Shown in pieces: positions 24,098 through 30,798 of a stretch of DNA of 39,428 nucleotides. The stretch spans positions 1 to 39,428 of IMG/VR virus record IMGVR_UViG_3300006169_000087. One strand, written 5' to 3'. Position 1 is the stretch's first letter. Every line of letters starts with the position of its first letter. Under the pieces are notes generated by a model. That model worked only from the letters and a program-made list of their open reading frames with translations. It did not search any database and was not told where the DNA came from. The translations under genes and the position numbers were made by a program. Origin of the DNA: a virus (Duplodnaviria; Caudoviricetes).

Positions 24098-24531
24098 CGA
24101 AGGGAACCGGCATGCTCGCCAAGGAGAAGTGGCAGATCAAGACCATCGCAGTCCTGGAGATGGTCTTCGAAGAGCGCAAGAGGCAGATCGCGAAGCACGG
24201 CGAGGCGATGCGCTCCCTCCCGGACGGGATCGGGCCGGACGTCCGGTGGCTCGAGGGCACGGACGTGAACCTCGACCTCCGGACGGCTTCCGAGATCCAG
24301 AAGGCGTTCCGGCGCGACTACGAGGAGACCCGTGGCGGCGACGAGAACCCGGCTGCGGGCCTCACCCGGATGCACCTCGTCCGGGAGGAGTTGGCCGAGA
24401 TGTTCGAGTGCGACCCGGACAGTCCAGAGTTCATCGCCGAGGCTCTCCAGGTCGCCGGGCTCTGCGTCCAGTGGATCGAGTACAAGATCGGCGACCCCCG
24501 GCAGGCCCTGGCTGGGATGGACCTGATCTGA
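24094..24531 (+). CDS. MazG-like nucleotide pyrophosphohydrolase
   Basis: ER.RQ..KHG ... LVREELAE ... E.LQVA.L.V.W (EExxE...ExxQ). Confidence 0.65.
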   Translation: MTKGTGMLAKEKWQIKTIAVLEMVFEERKRQIAKHGEAMRSLPDGIGPDVRWLEGTDVNLDLRTASEIQKAFRRDYEETRGGDENPAAGLTRMHLVREELAEMFECDPDSPEFIAEALQVAGLCVQWIEYKIGDPRQALAGMDLI

Positions 24532-24653
24532 TGTACCGGGGATACGAGATCCGAGGCACCGAGATCTGGTGGCAGGGCGAACTCATCAGCCGGGCTGCGC
24601 GCTCGGTTGAGGAGGCGAAGAAGATCATCGACGGCTGGCTCTACGCCCGGTAG
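24531..24653 (+). CDS. hypothetical protein (40 aa)
   Basis: MYRGYEIRG...SVEEAKKIIDGWLYAR. Confidence 0.6.
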   Translation: MYRGYEIRGTEIWWQGELISRAARSVEEAKKIIDGWLYAR

Positions 24654-24654
24654 A

Positions 24655-24772
24655 GAAAAAGTTTGGCGATCTCCAAAAGTTTTTCTGCGAAACCCTAGCG
24701 CGGGACGATTCCACCGACTATCGTTCTACGTGTGGGGCTCACCGGGAGCCCCGGAACCGGAAGGAACCGATC
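24655..24772 (+). promoter_or_regulatory. conserved promoter/leader cassette P3
   Basis: A/T tracts, CTAGCG (24695)-18-TATCGT (24719), hairpin GGGGCTC-ACCGG-GAGCCCC, GAACCGGAAGGAACC. Confidence 0.8.
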
Positions 24773-25009
24773 ATGCAGAAGGTCTACGCCACCGTATCCG
24801 CAGGCAACGTCGAGTACAGCAAGGACGAGGCCGAGGTCTCGATCGACGAGTTCATCTCTATGCTGGAGCAGGCCAAGGAGGACGGGGCCACCCACGTCCT
24901 GGGTCTCAGCGGCAACTACCGTGGCGCGCAGTACGTCCGCCTTGGTGAGCCGGAGATCGAGTTCGACGAGGAAGAGGACGACGAGTACACCGGCTGGACG
25001 GGCCGCTGA
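24773..25009 (+). CDS. hypothetical acidic protein
   Basis: ORF after P3. Confidence 0.75.
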   Translation: MQKVYATVSAGNVEYSKDEAEVSIDEFISMLEQAKEDGATHVLGLSGNYRGAQYVRLGEPEIEFDEEEDDEYTGWTGR

Positions 25010-25022
25010 CCGTCCCTCCCCT

Positions 25023-25049
25023 GGCCGGGGAGCAACCCGCTCCCCGGCC
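25023..25049 (+). repeat. CCGGGGAG-type intergenic hairpin (copy 1)
   Basis: GGCCGGGGAGC-AACCC-GCTCCCCGGCC. Confidence 0.6.
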
Positions 25050-25071
25050 CTCCCAGATAGGAACCGGAACC

Positions 25072-25818
25072 ATGAGCAAGAGCATCGAAGACATGAAGCG
25101 CAAGATCGCCGGGCTGCTGGCCAAGGCGGAGCGCACCGACAACGACCACGAGCGGGACACGTTCAACGCAGCCGCCGAGCGGATGATGCTCCGGCTGGGC
25201 ATCGAGCGGGCCGAACTCGAGGCCGTCGGAGAGGTCAAGGCAGAGGAGATCGTCGAGGAGAGCCGGGTGTTCACGGGCAACTACGCCATCGTGATGGTCC
25301 CGTTCATGTCCACGATCGGCCGCTCGTTCGGCAACCTCTCCTTCCTTCAGTCCAAGAACCACAACGGCATGCGCCGGACGTCCTACGTCATCGGCCACAA
25401 GTCGGAAGTCGAGGAGTTCCTCCGCCTCATCGACTCCCTGTCCCTCCAGGTCATGTCCGCCCTCAAGCGGTGGCAGCGGGAGACCCGTGAGGAGCGCCGG
25501 TACTACACCGACATGGAGAAGTACACCGGCAACCGCTCGTTCATCGAGGCCTTCGGCTACGCCGTGTCGGCCCGGCTCCGTGCCGAGCGAAAGGAGGAAG
25601 AGGCGGAGGCGACGCCCGGTGCGGCTCTGGTCCTCGCGTCCAAGATGGACAAGGTCATGGCGTGGAGGGACGAGCAGTACGGTGACAACCTCCGGCCGAG
25701 CCGCACGGGTGCCCGCACCTATGACGGTCTCGCAGCCGGAGCGGGCCACATCGCAGGCCTCCAGGCTAGCCTCGGTGGGAAGGCCGTGGGAGGCACTCGC
25801 GGCTCTCTCGAGGCCTGA
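25072..25818 (+). CDS. DUF2786 domain protein
   Basis: KI.GLLAKAE.T.N.HE..TF...A.RMM...GI. Confidence 0.8.
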   Translation: MSKSIEDMKRKIAGLLAKAERTDNDHERDTFNAAAERMMLRLGIERAELEAVGEVKAEEIVEESRVFTGNYAIVMVPFMSTIGRSFGNLSFLQSKNHNGMRRTSYVIGHKSEVEEFLRLIDSLSLQVMSALKRWQRETREERRYYTDMEKYTGNRSFIEAFGYAVSARLRAERKEEEAEATPGAALVLASKMDKVMAWRDEQYGDNLRPSRTGARTYDGLAAGAGHIAGLQASLGGKAVGGTRGSLEA

Positions 25819-25822
25819 GAAC

Positions 25823-25941
25823 GTCTGGCACCGTCGCCTGGGCTCTCGTCGCTGAAAGCCGCTCCCGGAGACCCTCGGGTCACACGGAATCGAGTCCCGC
25901 TGTGTAGGCAACCATCCCTGTAAGTTTCGGCGGTGCCAGAC
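25823..25941 (+). ncRNA. candidate structured RNA element
   Basis: 14-bp closing stem GTCTGGCACCGTCG/CGGCGGTGCCAGAC (one G-U) enclosing smaller hairpins; fills the intergenic gap. Confidence 0.35.
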
Positions 25942-25944
25942 CCC

Positions 25945-26045
25945 TCGAAAAAGTTTTTACTCCGATCGCTAGGTTTCTCGCTCTCCACAGGCTATCGTTC
26001 TACGTGTGGCCCCGACCGGCGGGGCCGAACCGGAAGGAACCGACC
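25945..26045 (+). promoter_or_regulatory. conserved promoter/leader cassette P4
   Basis: GAAAAAGTTTTT, CTAGGT (25969)-18-TATCGT (25993), TTCTACGTGTGG, hairpin, GAACCGGAAGGAACC. Confidence 0.8.
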
Positions 26046-27011
26046 ATGAGCACCAAGCACGCAGTCTCGTCCGCCCACCTCTCCCCCATCGACCTGCTCG
26101 GCGAGCGGGTGGAGGGCACCTTCACCGCCGAGGAGGCGATGGAGAAGGGTCGCCTGGGTGGCTGGAACGTCCGCAAGACCCCGGCCTTCGCCTTCGTCGA
26201 CGGCAAGAAGATCGCCCGGCCCGGCATGTACGACGTCGTTCGCGACAACCCGGAGACCGGGACGCCGCAGATCCTCGGCAAGTACCCGGTGAGCGAGTCC
26301 TACTCGATCATCCAGAACGAGGACCACGCCGCGTTCCTCAACACCCTCGTCGAGGAGTCCGGCGCCAACTTCGAGTTGGCTGGCTCGGACAAGAACGGGG
26401 AGCGCGTCTTCCTCTCGATGAAGATGCCCGGACACATCCAGATCGGTGGCGTCGACCCGATCGACATCTCGCTGCTGGCGATCAACGGCCACGCCGGGTC
26501 CATGTCGTTCACCGTCGCCGCGATGCCGGTCCGGTACGCCTGCTCCAACGTCCTCAACTCCATCCACTCGGGTATGTCCGGCCTGATCCGGATCCGCCAC
26601 ACGAGCGGTGCGCAGAAGCAGATGGTGGCGCAGGCCCGCGAGGCTCTGGACCTCTCCTTCAAGTACCTGGACACCTTCCAGGAGGAGGCCGAGCGTCTCA
26701 TCCAGACCACGCTTACCCACAGCCAGTTCGAGGAGATTATCGAGCGGGAGTTCTCCGCGGACGAGGACGCGTCGGCCGGGATCCACGCCCGTGCGAACCG
26801 GAAGATCGAGGACATCCTCGGCCTCTTCGACGCCAACACCCAGGACGGTGTCCACGAGACTGCGTGGGCCGGGTACAACGCGCTCACCGAGTGGGCCGAC
26901 CACTACAGCCCGGCGCGGGGTGCGGACCAGGACATCTCCCGCGCTCAGCGGGCCGTCTTCGACCCGTCGTTCAAGAGCCGGGCGCTCAACCTGATGCTCG
27001 CCACGGTCTGA
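26046..27011 (+). CDS. DUF932/DUF945 family phage/plasmid protein
   Basis: L.GWNV.K, Y.IIQN.....F, FE.AGS...GERVF, N.H.GS......PVR..C.N.L, IRHT, TAWAGYNA.TEW.DH. Confidence 0.85.
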   Translation: MSTKHAVSSAHLSPIDLLGERVEGTFTAEEAMEKGRLGGWNVRKTPAFAFVDGKKIARPGMYDVVRDNPETGTPQILGKYPVSESYSIIQNEDHAAFLNTLVEESGANFELAGSDKNGERVFLSMKMPGHIQIGGVDPIDISLLAINGHAGSMSFTVAAMPVRYACSNVLNSIHSGMSGLIRIRHTSGAQKQMVAQAREALDLSFKYLDTFQEEAERLIQTTLTHSQFEEIIEREFSADEDASAGIHARANRKIEDILGLFDANTQDGVHETAWAGYNALTEWADHYSPARGADQDISRAQRAVFDPSFKSRALNLMLATV

Positions 27012-27029
27012 GGCGTATCCTGAGAGGAG

Positions 27030-27064
27030 CCGGGGAGGGTGGCTTCGACCCCCACCCTCCCCGG
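27030..27064 (+). repeat. CCGGGGAG-type intergenic hairpin (copy 2), terminator-like
   Basis: CCGGGGAGGGTGG / CCACCCTCCCCGG, 13-bp stem. Confidence 0.6.
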
Positions 27065-27069
27065 TCTCC

Positions 27070-27186
27070 GAGAAAAAGTTTGACGATCTCCAAAGTTTTT
27101 CTGCGAAACCCTACCTTCCCGGACGATCGTCCGGTAGAGTTCCTTCTGTCAGCCACCGGGGCTGGCGGAACCGGAAGGAACCGAAG
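27070..27186 (+). promoter_or_regulatory. conserved promoter/leader cassette P5
   Basis: CTACCT (27111)-18-TAGAGT (27135), perfect palindrome CCGGACGATCGTCCGG in the spacer, hairpin, GAACCGGAAGGAACC. Confidence 0.8.
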
Positions 27187-27453
27187 ATGAAGATCAAGGT
27201 CAAGATGGACTCGGTAGTCACCGAGGCGACCGAAGAGGCGACGGCCCGCGCCATCGCCGAGCGTTTCAGCGTGATCGTCTCGATCACCGGAGCGCACTCG
27301 CCCGCCGGGATGGAGATGGAGATCATCTGCACCCCGGCCCAGTTGGTCGAGATGCTCACGACCGACAACGGCGGCTGGTCCACCGGCGACGACGCCGAGG
27401 ACGCGGAGGCCATCTTCTACCACATGAGGGACGCGGTCGAGGTCTTCGGCTGA
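27187..27453 (+). CDS. hypothetical protein
   Basis: ORF after P5. Confidence 0.75.
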   Translation: MKIKVKMDSVVTEATEEATARAIAERFSVIVSITGAHSPAGMEMEIICTPAQLVEMLTTDNGGWSTGDDAEDAEAIFYHMRDAVEVFG

Positions 27454-27464
27454 GTCGCCCCATC

Positions 27465-27495
27465 TCCCGGGGAGCGGGCCTCTCGCTCCCCGGGA
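27465..27495 (+). repeat. CCGGGGAG-type intergenic hairpin (copy 3)
   Basis: TCCCGGGGAGCG / CGCTCCCCGGGA, 12-bp stem. Confidence 0.6.
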
Positions 27496-27532
27496 CCACT
27501 ACCCTAGCAAGTCGAACCGGAAGGAACCGATC

Positions 27533-28072
27533 ATGTCTCTCGCTCGCGTCTACACCACCAAGGGTCCTGTTCGCAAGGACGGACTCGTCTGCGGCAAGTG
27601 CCGCAAGCCCATCGTCAAGGGCCAGGACCGTCGCCGCACCTTCGCGGTCGGCTTCCGAGGCCGCGAGCAGACCCGCTGCATGGACGCGGCCTGCACCCCG
27701 ACCCGCTCCGAGTTGGAGTCCTCCGCCGTGGCCACGATCTACGGCGTCATCGACGGCATCGACTTCTCGGCGCTCGGTGGACGGGAGGACCTGGAGGCTG
27801 CCCGTGACGACGTCGTCGCCGCTTGCGAAGAGGTCGCCGACGAGTACGAGTCCAACGAGATGTACGAGGTCAACTACGACCTCCAGGAGCGGGCCGAGAT
27901 GATCCGCTCGGCCGGTGACGAACTCGCCAACTGGGAGCCCGAGGAAGAGGAGCCCGAGGAGGAGGACGAGGACAACGGCTCTGAGGACCTCGAAGGCCCG
28001 GAGTGGCTGGAGTGGCTGGCCAACGCTCAGCAGTCCCTCGAGGACGCTGTCAACGAGATGGACCTGCCGTGA
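27533..28072 (+). CDS. hypothetical protein with basic Zn-binding N-terminus and acidic C-terminus
   Basis: CGKC..PI.KG...C...C; RBS GAACCGGAAGGAACC. Confidence 0.8.
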   Translation: MSLARVYTTKGPVRKDGLVCGKCRKPIVKGQDRRRTFAVGFRGREQTRCMDAACTPTRSELESSAVATIYGVIDGIDFSALGGREDLEAARDDVVAACEEVADEYESNEMYEVNYDLQERAEMIRSAGDELANWEPEEEEPEEEDEDNGSEDLEGPEWLEWLANAQQSLEDAVNEMDLP

Positions 28073-28281
28073 GCCAGACCTGGCCCCGGTACGACGTCGG
28101 GGACATCCCGTGCTCCCAGGAGGGATGCACGGAGACCGTCCGCAACCACTACTGGGGCCGGGTCAAGTCCGGCTGGTTCTTCCAGAAGACGGGCGAGGCC
28201 TGGTGCCCCGAACACACCCCGGAGTGGGTGGCTTCGTGGAGGGCTCGCAAGGAGGCAGAAAAAGTTTCTAAAGAGATCTAG
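28069..28281 (+). CDS. small Cys/His protein
   Basis: CSQEGC...GW......WCPEH. Confidence 0.7.
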   Translation: MSQTWPRYDVGDIPCSQEGCTETVRNHYWGRVKSGWFFQKTGEAWCPEHTPEWVASWRARKEAEKVSKEI

Positions 28282-28363
28282 AGAACCACTAGCGTCCGGA
28301 CCATTCGTCCGCTATCGTTCTACGTGTGGGGCCGACCGGCTCCCGGAACCGGAAGAAGGAACC
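28256..28363 (+). promoter_or_regulatory. conserved promoter/leader cassette P6
   Basis: CTAGCG (28289)-18-TATCGT (28313), TTCTACGTGTGG, hairpin, GAACCGGAAGAAGGAACC. Confidence 0.8.
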
Positions 28364-28756
28364 ATGTTCAAGCCGAAGCAGAAGACCCTCAAGCAGTCGC
28401 TGGTTGCCGCCGTCCTCAAGGCGGTCATGATCACGGTTGCCTTCGGAGGCTCCTTCGCTGCGGTCTCCGCGATGAACGCGGGGAACATGACCATGGTCGC
28501 CCCGGAGCACAACGGCGGCTCGGAGATGCAGAAGCCGCTGGCCCAGGGAAGCCCTGGCGACCTGATCCAGAAGCACGACTGCTGGACCGGCGCGGCTCCC
28601 AAGGACATGGAGGGCAAGATGCCCGGCCACGTCGTCGTGACCATCGACGGTCGCGTCGCCCCGACCTACGGCGGCTCCCGCCTCGTGGGTCAGGCTCTCT
28701 CCCAGATCTTCGAGGGCGAGAACCACAACCTCGAGGTCCACGGCTTCTGCCGCTGA
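28364..28756 (+). CDS. membrane-anchored or secreted hypothetical protein
   Basis: Basic N-terminus plus hydrophobic helix; two Cys residues. Confidence 0.75.
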   Translation: MFKPKQKTLKQSLVAAVLKAVMITVAFGGSFAAVSAMNAGNMTMVAPEHNGGSEMQKPLAQGSPGDLIQKHDCWTGAAPKDMEGKMPGHVVVTIDGRVAPTYGGSRLVGQALSQIFEGENHNLEVHGFCR

Positions 28757-28788
28757 CCCGCAACCACAGAGAACCGGAAGGAACCGTC

Positions 28789-29385
28789 ATGGCCACCAAG
28801 TACAACCTCCAGAACCTCGAGGGTGAGACCCTCAAGACCGTGAGCAAGAAGCAGGCCGCGATCGCGGCTGCCGAGAAGGAGGGACTCCTCCGCTTCCGGG
28901 TCGTCACCGACTCCGGCAACGTCGTCTACGAGCAGGTGCCGGAGGCTCCCGAGGAGCCCGCCGAGGACCTCATCGGTGACGTCGCCCCGGAGCCGACCCC
29001 CGAGGCCGCCGAACAGGCCGAGGAGGCCGTCGAGGAGCCGCTCTTCTACGAGTCGCTGACCTTCAAGGGCAACTACAGCATCGTGACCGGCCCCGGTGCT
29101 GTCGAGATCGCGGAGGCCGCTGGCGTCCCGACCAAGGTCCACCCGTACGACGGGCTCAACCGGAAGATCGAGTTCGGCGGGGACGACATGGATCTCGCGG
29201 CCCGGACCGTCTCCCTCATCCAGCAGAGCGTCCAGGAGGCGATGGACGACCTGCACGAGTGGCAGAAGAAGCACATCGAGCGTCGCCGGGGCCTCACCGA
29301 CATGCAGCGGTACGTCGAGCACCGGGAGTTCATCTCCAAGCAGATGCACAAGACCGCGCTGGCCGTCAAGAAGCAGGGTGTGTGA
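28789..29385 (+). CDS. hypothetical protein
   Basis: MATKYNLQ after GAACCGGAAGGAACC; internal acidic linker containing EDLIGD. Confidence 0.75.
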   Translation: MATKYNLQNLEGETLKTVSKKQAAIAAAEKEGLLRFRVVTDSGNVVYEQVPEAPEEPAEDLIGDVAPEPTPEAAEQAEEAVEEPLFYESLTFKGNYSIVTGPGAVEIAEAAGVPTKVHPYDGLNRKIEFGGDDMDLAARTVSLIQQSVQEAMDDLHEWQKKHIERRRGLTDMQRYVEHREFISKQMHKTALAVKKQGV

Positions 29386-29663
29386 TGCGCGCCGTAGGCC
29401 TCGCCGTGGCAACGGTCGCCCTCTTGGCGACCGTTGCCTGCGGAGGCGAGGAGAAGCCGCCGTCCGACGACCCTCTGGGAGTCAGCGACATGCCGTCCTG
29501 TGCCGACGTCTGGGTAGCCGGAGAGACCCTTCCGTCCGACTACGAGGGCTGCCTCGAGGACGGTGACAACCTCATCGTGGTGGTCACCGACTCCCAGGGC
29601 AACACCGGATACGACGACCGCTTCACCGCCAAGCCCGGTGGCGTCATCGAGGAGATCCGCTGA
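29385..29663 (+). CDS. lipoprotein
   Basis: MRAVGLAVATVALLATVA-C-GG lipobox. Confidence 0.75.
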   Translation: MRAVGLAVATVALLATVACGGEEKPPSDDPLGVSDMPSCADVWVAGETLPSDYEGCLEDGDNLIVVVTDSQGNTGYDDRFTAKPGGVIEEIR

Positions 29664-29923
29664 TGGGCCTCGGGAAGTCCGGCGGGAGGTCTGCTGGCAA
29701 TCGCCAGTCCGGCCCGCGCCGGGCCACCCAGCGCGAACGGGACGGGATCGACCCTCCGGGCCGGGACACCTGGGAGAAGACCAAGTTGGCGGACGAGTAC
29801 CACTGGGAGGACCACCTCACTCCCCGAGGACGTCGGGTGGTCGGGATCATCGCCTGGGGGTCGTGGATCATGTTCTGCGTCCTCTTCGCGGTGGTGATCT
29901 GCGCATGGTGGGGCCTCCTCTGA
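29663..29923 (+). CDS. membrane protein (C-terminal TM helix)
   Basis: Hydrophobic C-terminus; coupled ORF. Confidence 0.7.
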   Translation: MGLGKSGGRSAGNRQSGPRRATQRERDGIDPPGRDTWEKTKLADEYHWEDHLTPRGRRVVGIIAWGSWIMFCVLFAVVICAWWGLL

Positions 29924-30072
29924 TGGCCGAGTCCCGCACCAGCAACGCAGAACGGAAGGCTCTCGAGCGGATCATCCGTCGCGCCACCGTCCACCGCAAC
30001 TGGAGTCTCGTAGAGGCTCTCTACCATGAACTCGGGATCCTGCTCGCCGAGCAGGACCCGCAGGAGGCCTAG
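29923..30072 (+). CDS. hypothetical protein (49 aa)
   Basis: MAESRTSN..., TGATG coupling. Confidence 0.55.
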   Translation: MAESRTSNAERKALERIIRRATVHRNWSLVEALYHELGILLAEQDPQEA

Positions 30073-30111
30073 CCTCACGGGCTGAGCCCACAACAGAAAG
30101 AAGGAACCGCA

Positions 30112-30795
30112 GTGAAGAAGTTCGCCATGCTGCTCGCCGCTCTCGTGGTCAGCAGCCTCGCTCTCGCCGCTCCGGCTTCGGCCACCGGCAACCACGGCCC
30201 GGAGGTGTCCGGCAAGCCGGTGACTCTGTGTCACGCGACCGGGTCGCAGTCCAACCCGTACACGAAGATCACCGTCCCGTTCACCCAGTGGTACGGCCAG
30301 AACGGCCACAGCCAGCACAAGAACGACATCTGGGAGGCGTTCTCGTACGTCAAGCGGACCGGCTCGGACTCCTGGGTCACCGTCAACGTCCCGGCGCAGG
30401 GTGACACCTCGCTCCTCGCGTTCGACAACTGCAAGAAGCCGAAGGAGGACACCCCGGTGACCCGTCCGGAGGCGACCTACCAGGACCTCTGTGGCACCAA
30501 GAACGACGTGTTCTCCGTGCCGGACGGCGAGGGTTACTCCGTGAGCGAGATCGTCATGGAGGGCAACAACCAGGTCATCACGGCCACGCTGGACGACGGC
30601 TTCAAGTGGAGCACCGGCGGGGACGCCTACAACCCCATCCGGTTCGTCCGGCAGGCGTTCACGGACGAGGACTGTGACCTCCCCGAGACCGGCTCGTCGG
30701 CGATCTACAACACCGGCGGTGGGATCGCTGCTCTGATGGGCATCGTCCTCCTCGGCGGTGTCGCCCTCTTCACCACCCGTCGCCGGAAGGCCTGA
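30112..30795 (+). CDS. secreted LPXTG cell-wall-anchored protein (sortase substrate)
   Basis: Signal peptide MKKFAMLLAALVVSSLALAAPASA; LCHATGSQSNPY motif; C-terminal LPETG, hydrophobic helix and TRRRKA. Confidence 0.9.
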   Translation: MKKFAMLLAALVVSSLALAAPASATGNHGPEVSGKPVTLCHATGSQSNPYTKITVPFTQWYGQNGHSQHKNDIWEAFSYVKRTGSDSWVTVNVPAQGDTSLLAFDNCKKPKEDTPVTRPEATYQDLCGTKNDVFSVPDGEGYSVSEIVMEGNNQVITATLDDGFKWSTGGDAYNPIRFVRQAFTDEDCDLPETGSSAIYNTGGGIAALMGIVLLGGVALFTTRRRKA

Positions 30796-30798
30796 CCG

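Noticed and set aside
25823-25941. c-di-AMP (ydaO) riboswitch suggested by the words CGCTGAA, GAATC and GTAGGC
   Set aside because: The conserved CCCGTCAGCTAAC-type segment is missing and a promoter lies between it and the next gene. Kept only as an unnamed RNA candidate.
27030-27064. tRNA or attP-like sequence suggested by TTCGA in a hairpin loop
   Set aside because: No D arm, anticodon arm or cloverleaf, and no integrase in the window
23072-28363. Recurring ~100-bp repeats as a CRISPR array or insertion elements
   Set aside because: They are separated by whole genes at irregular distances and have promoter plus RBS architecture. No transposase or target duplications.
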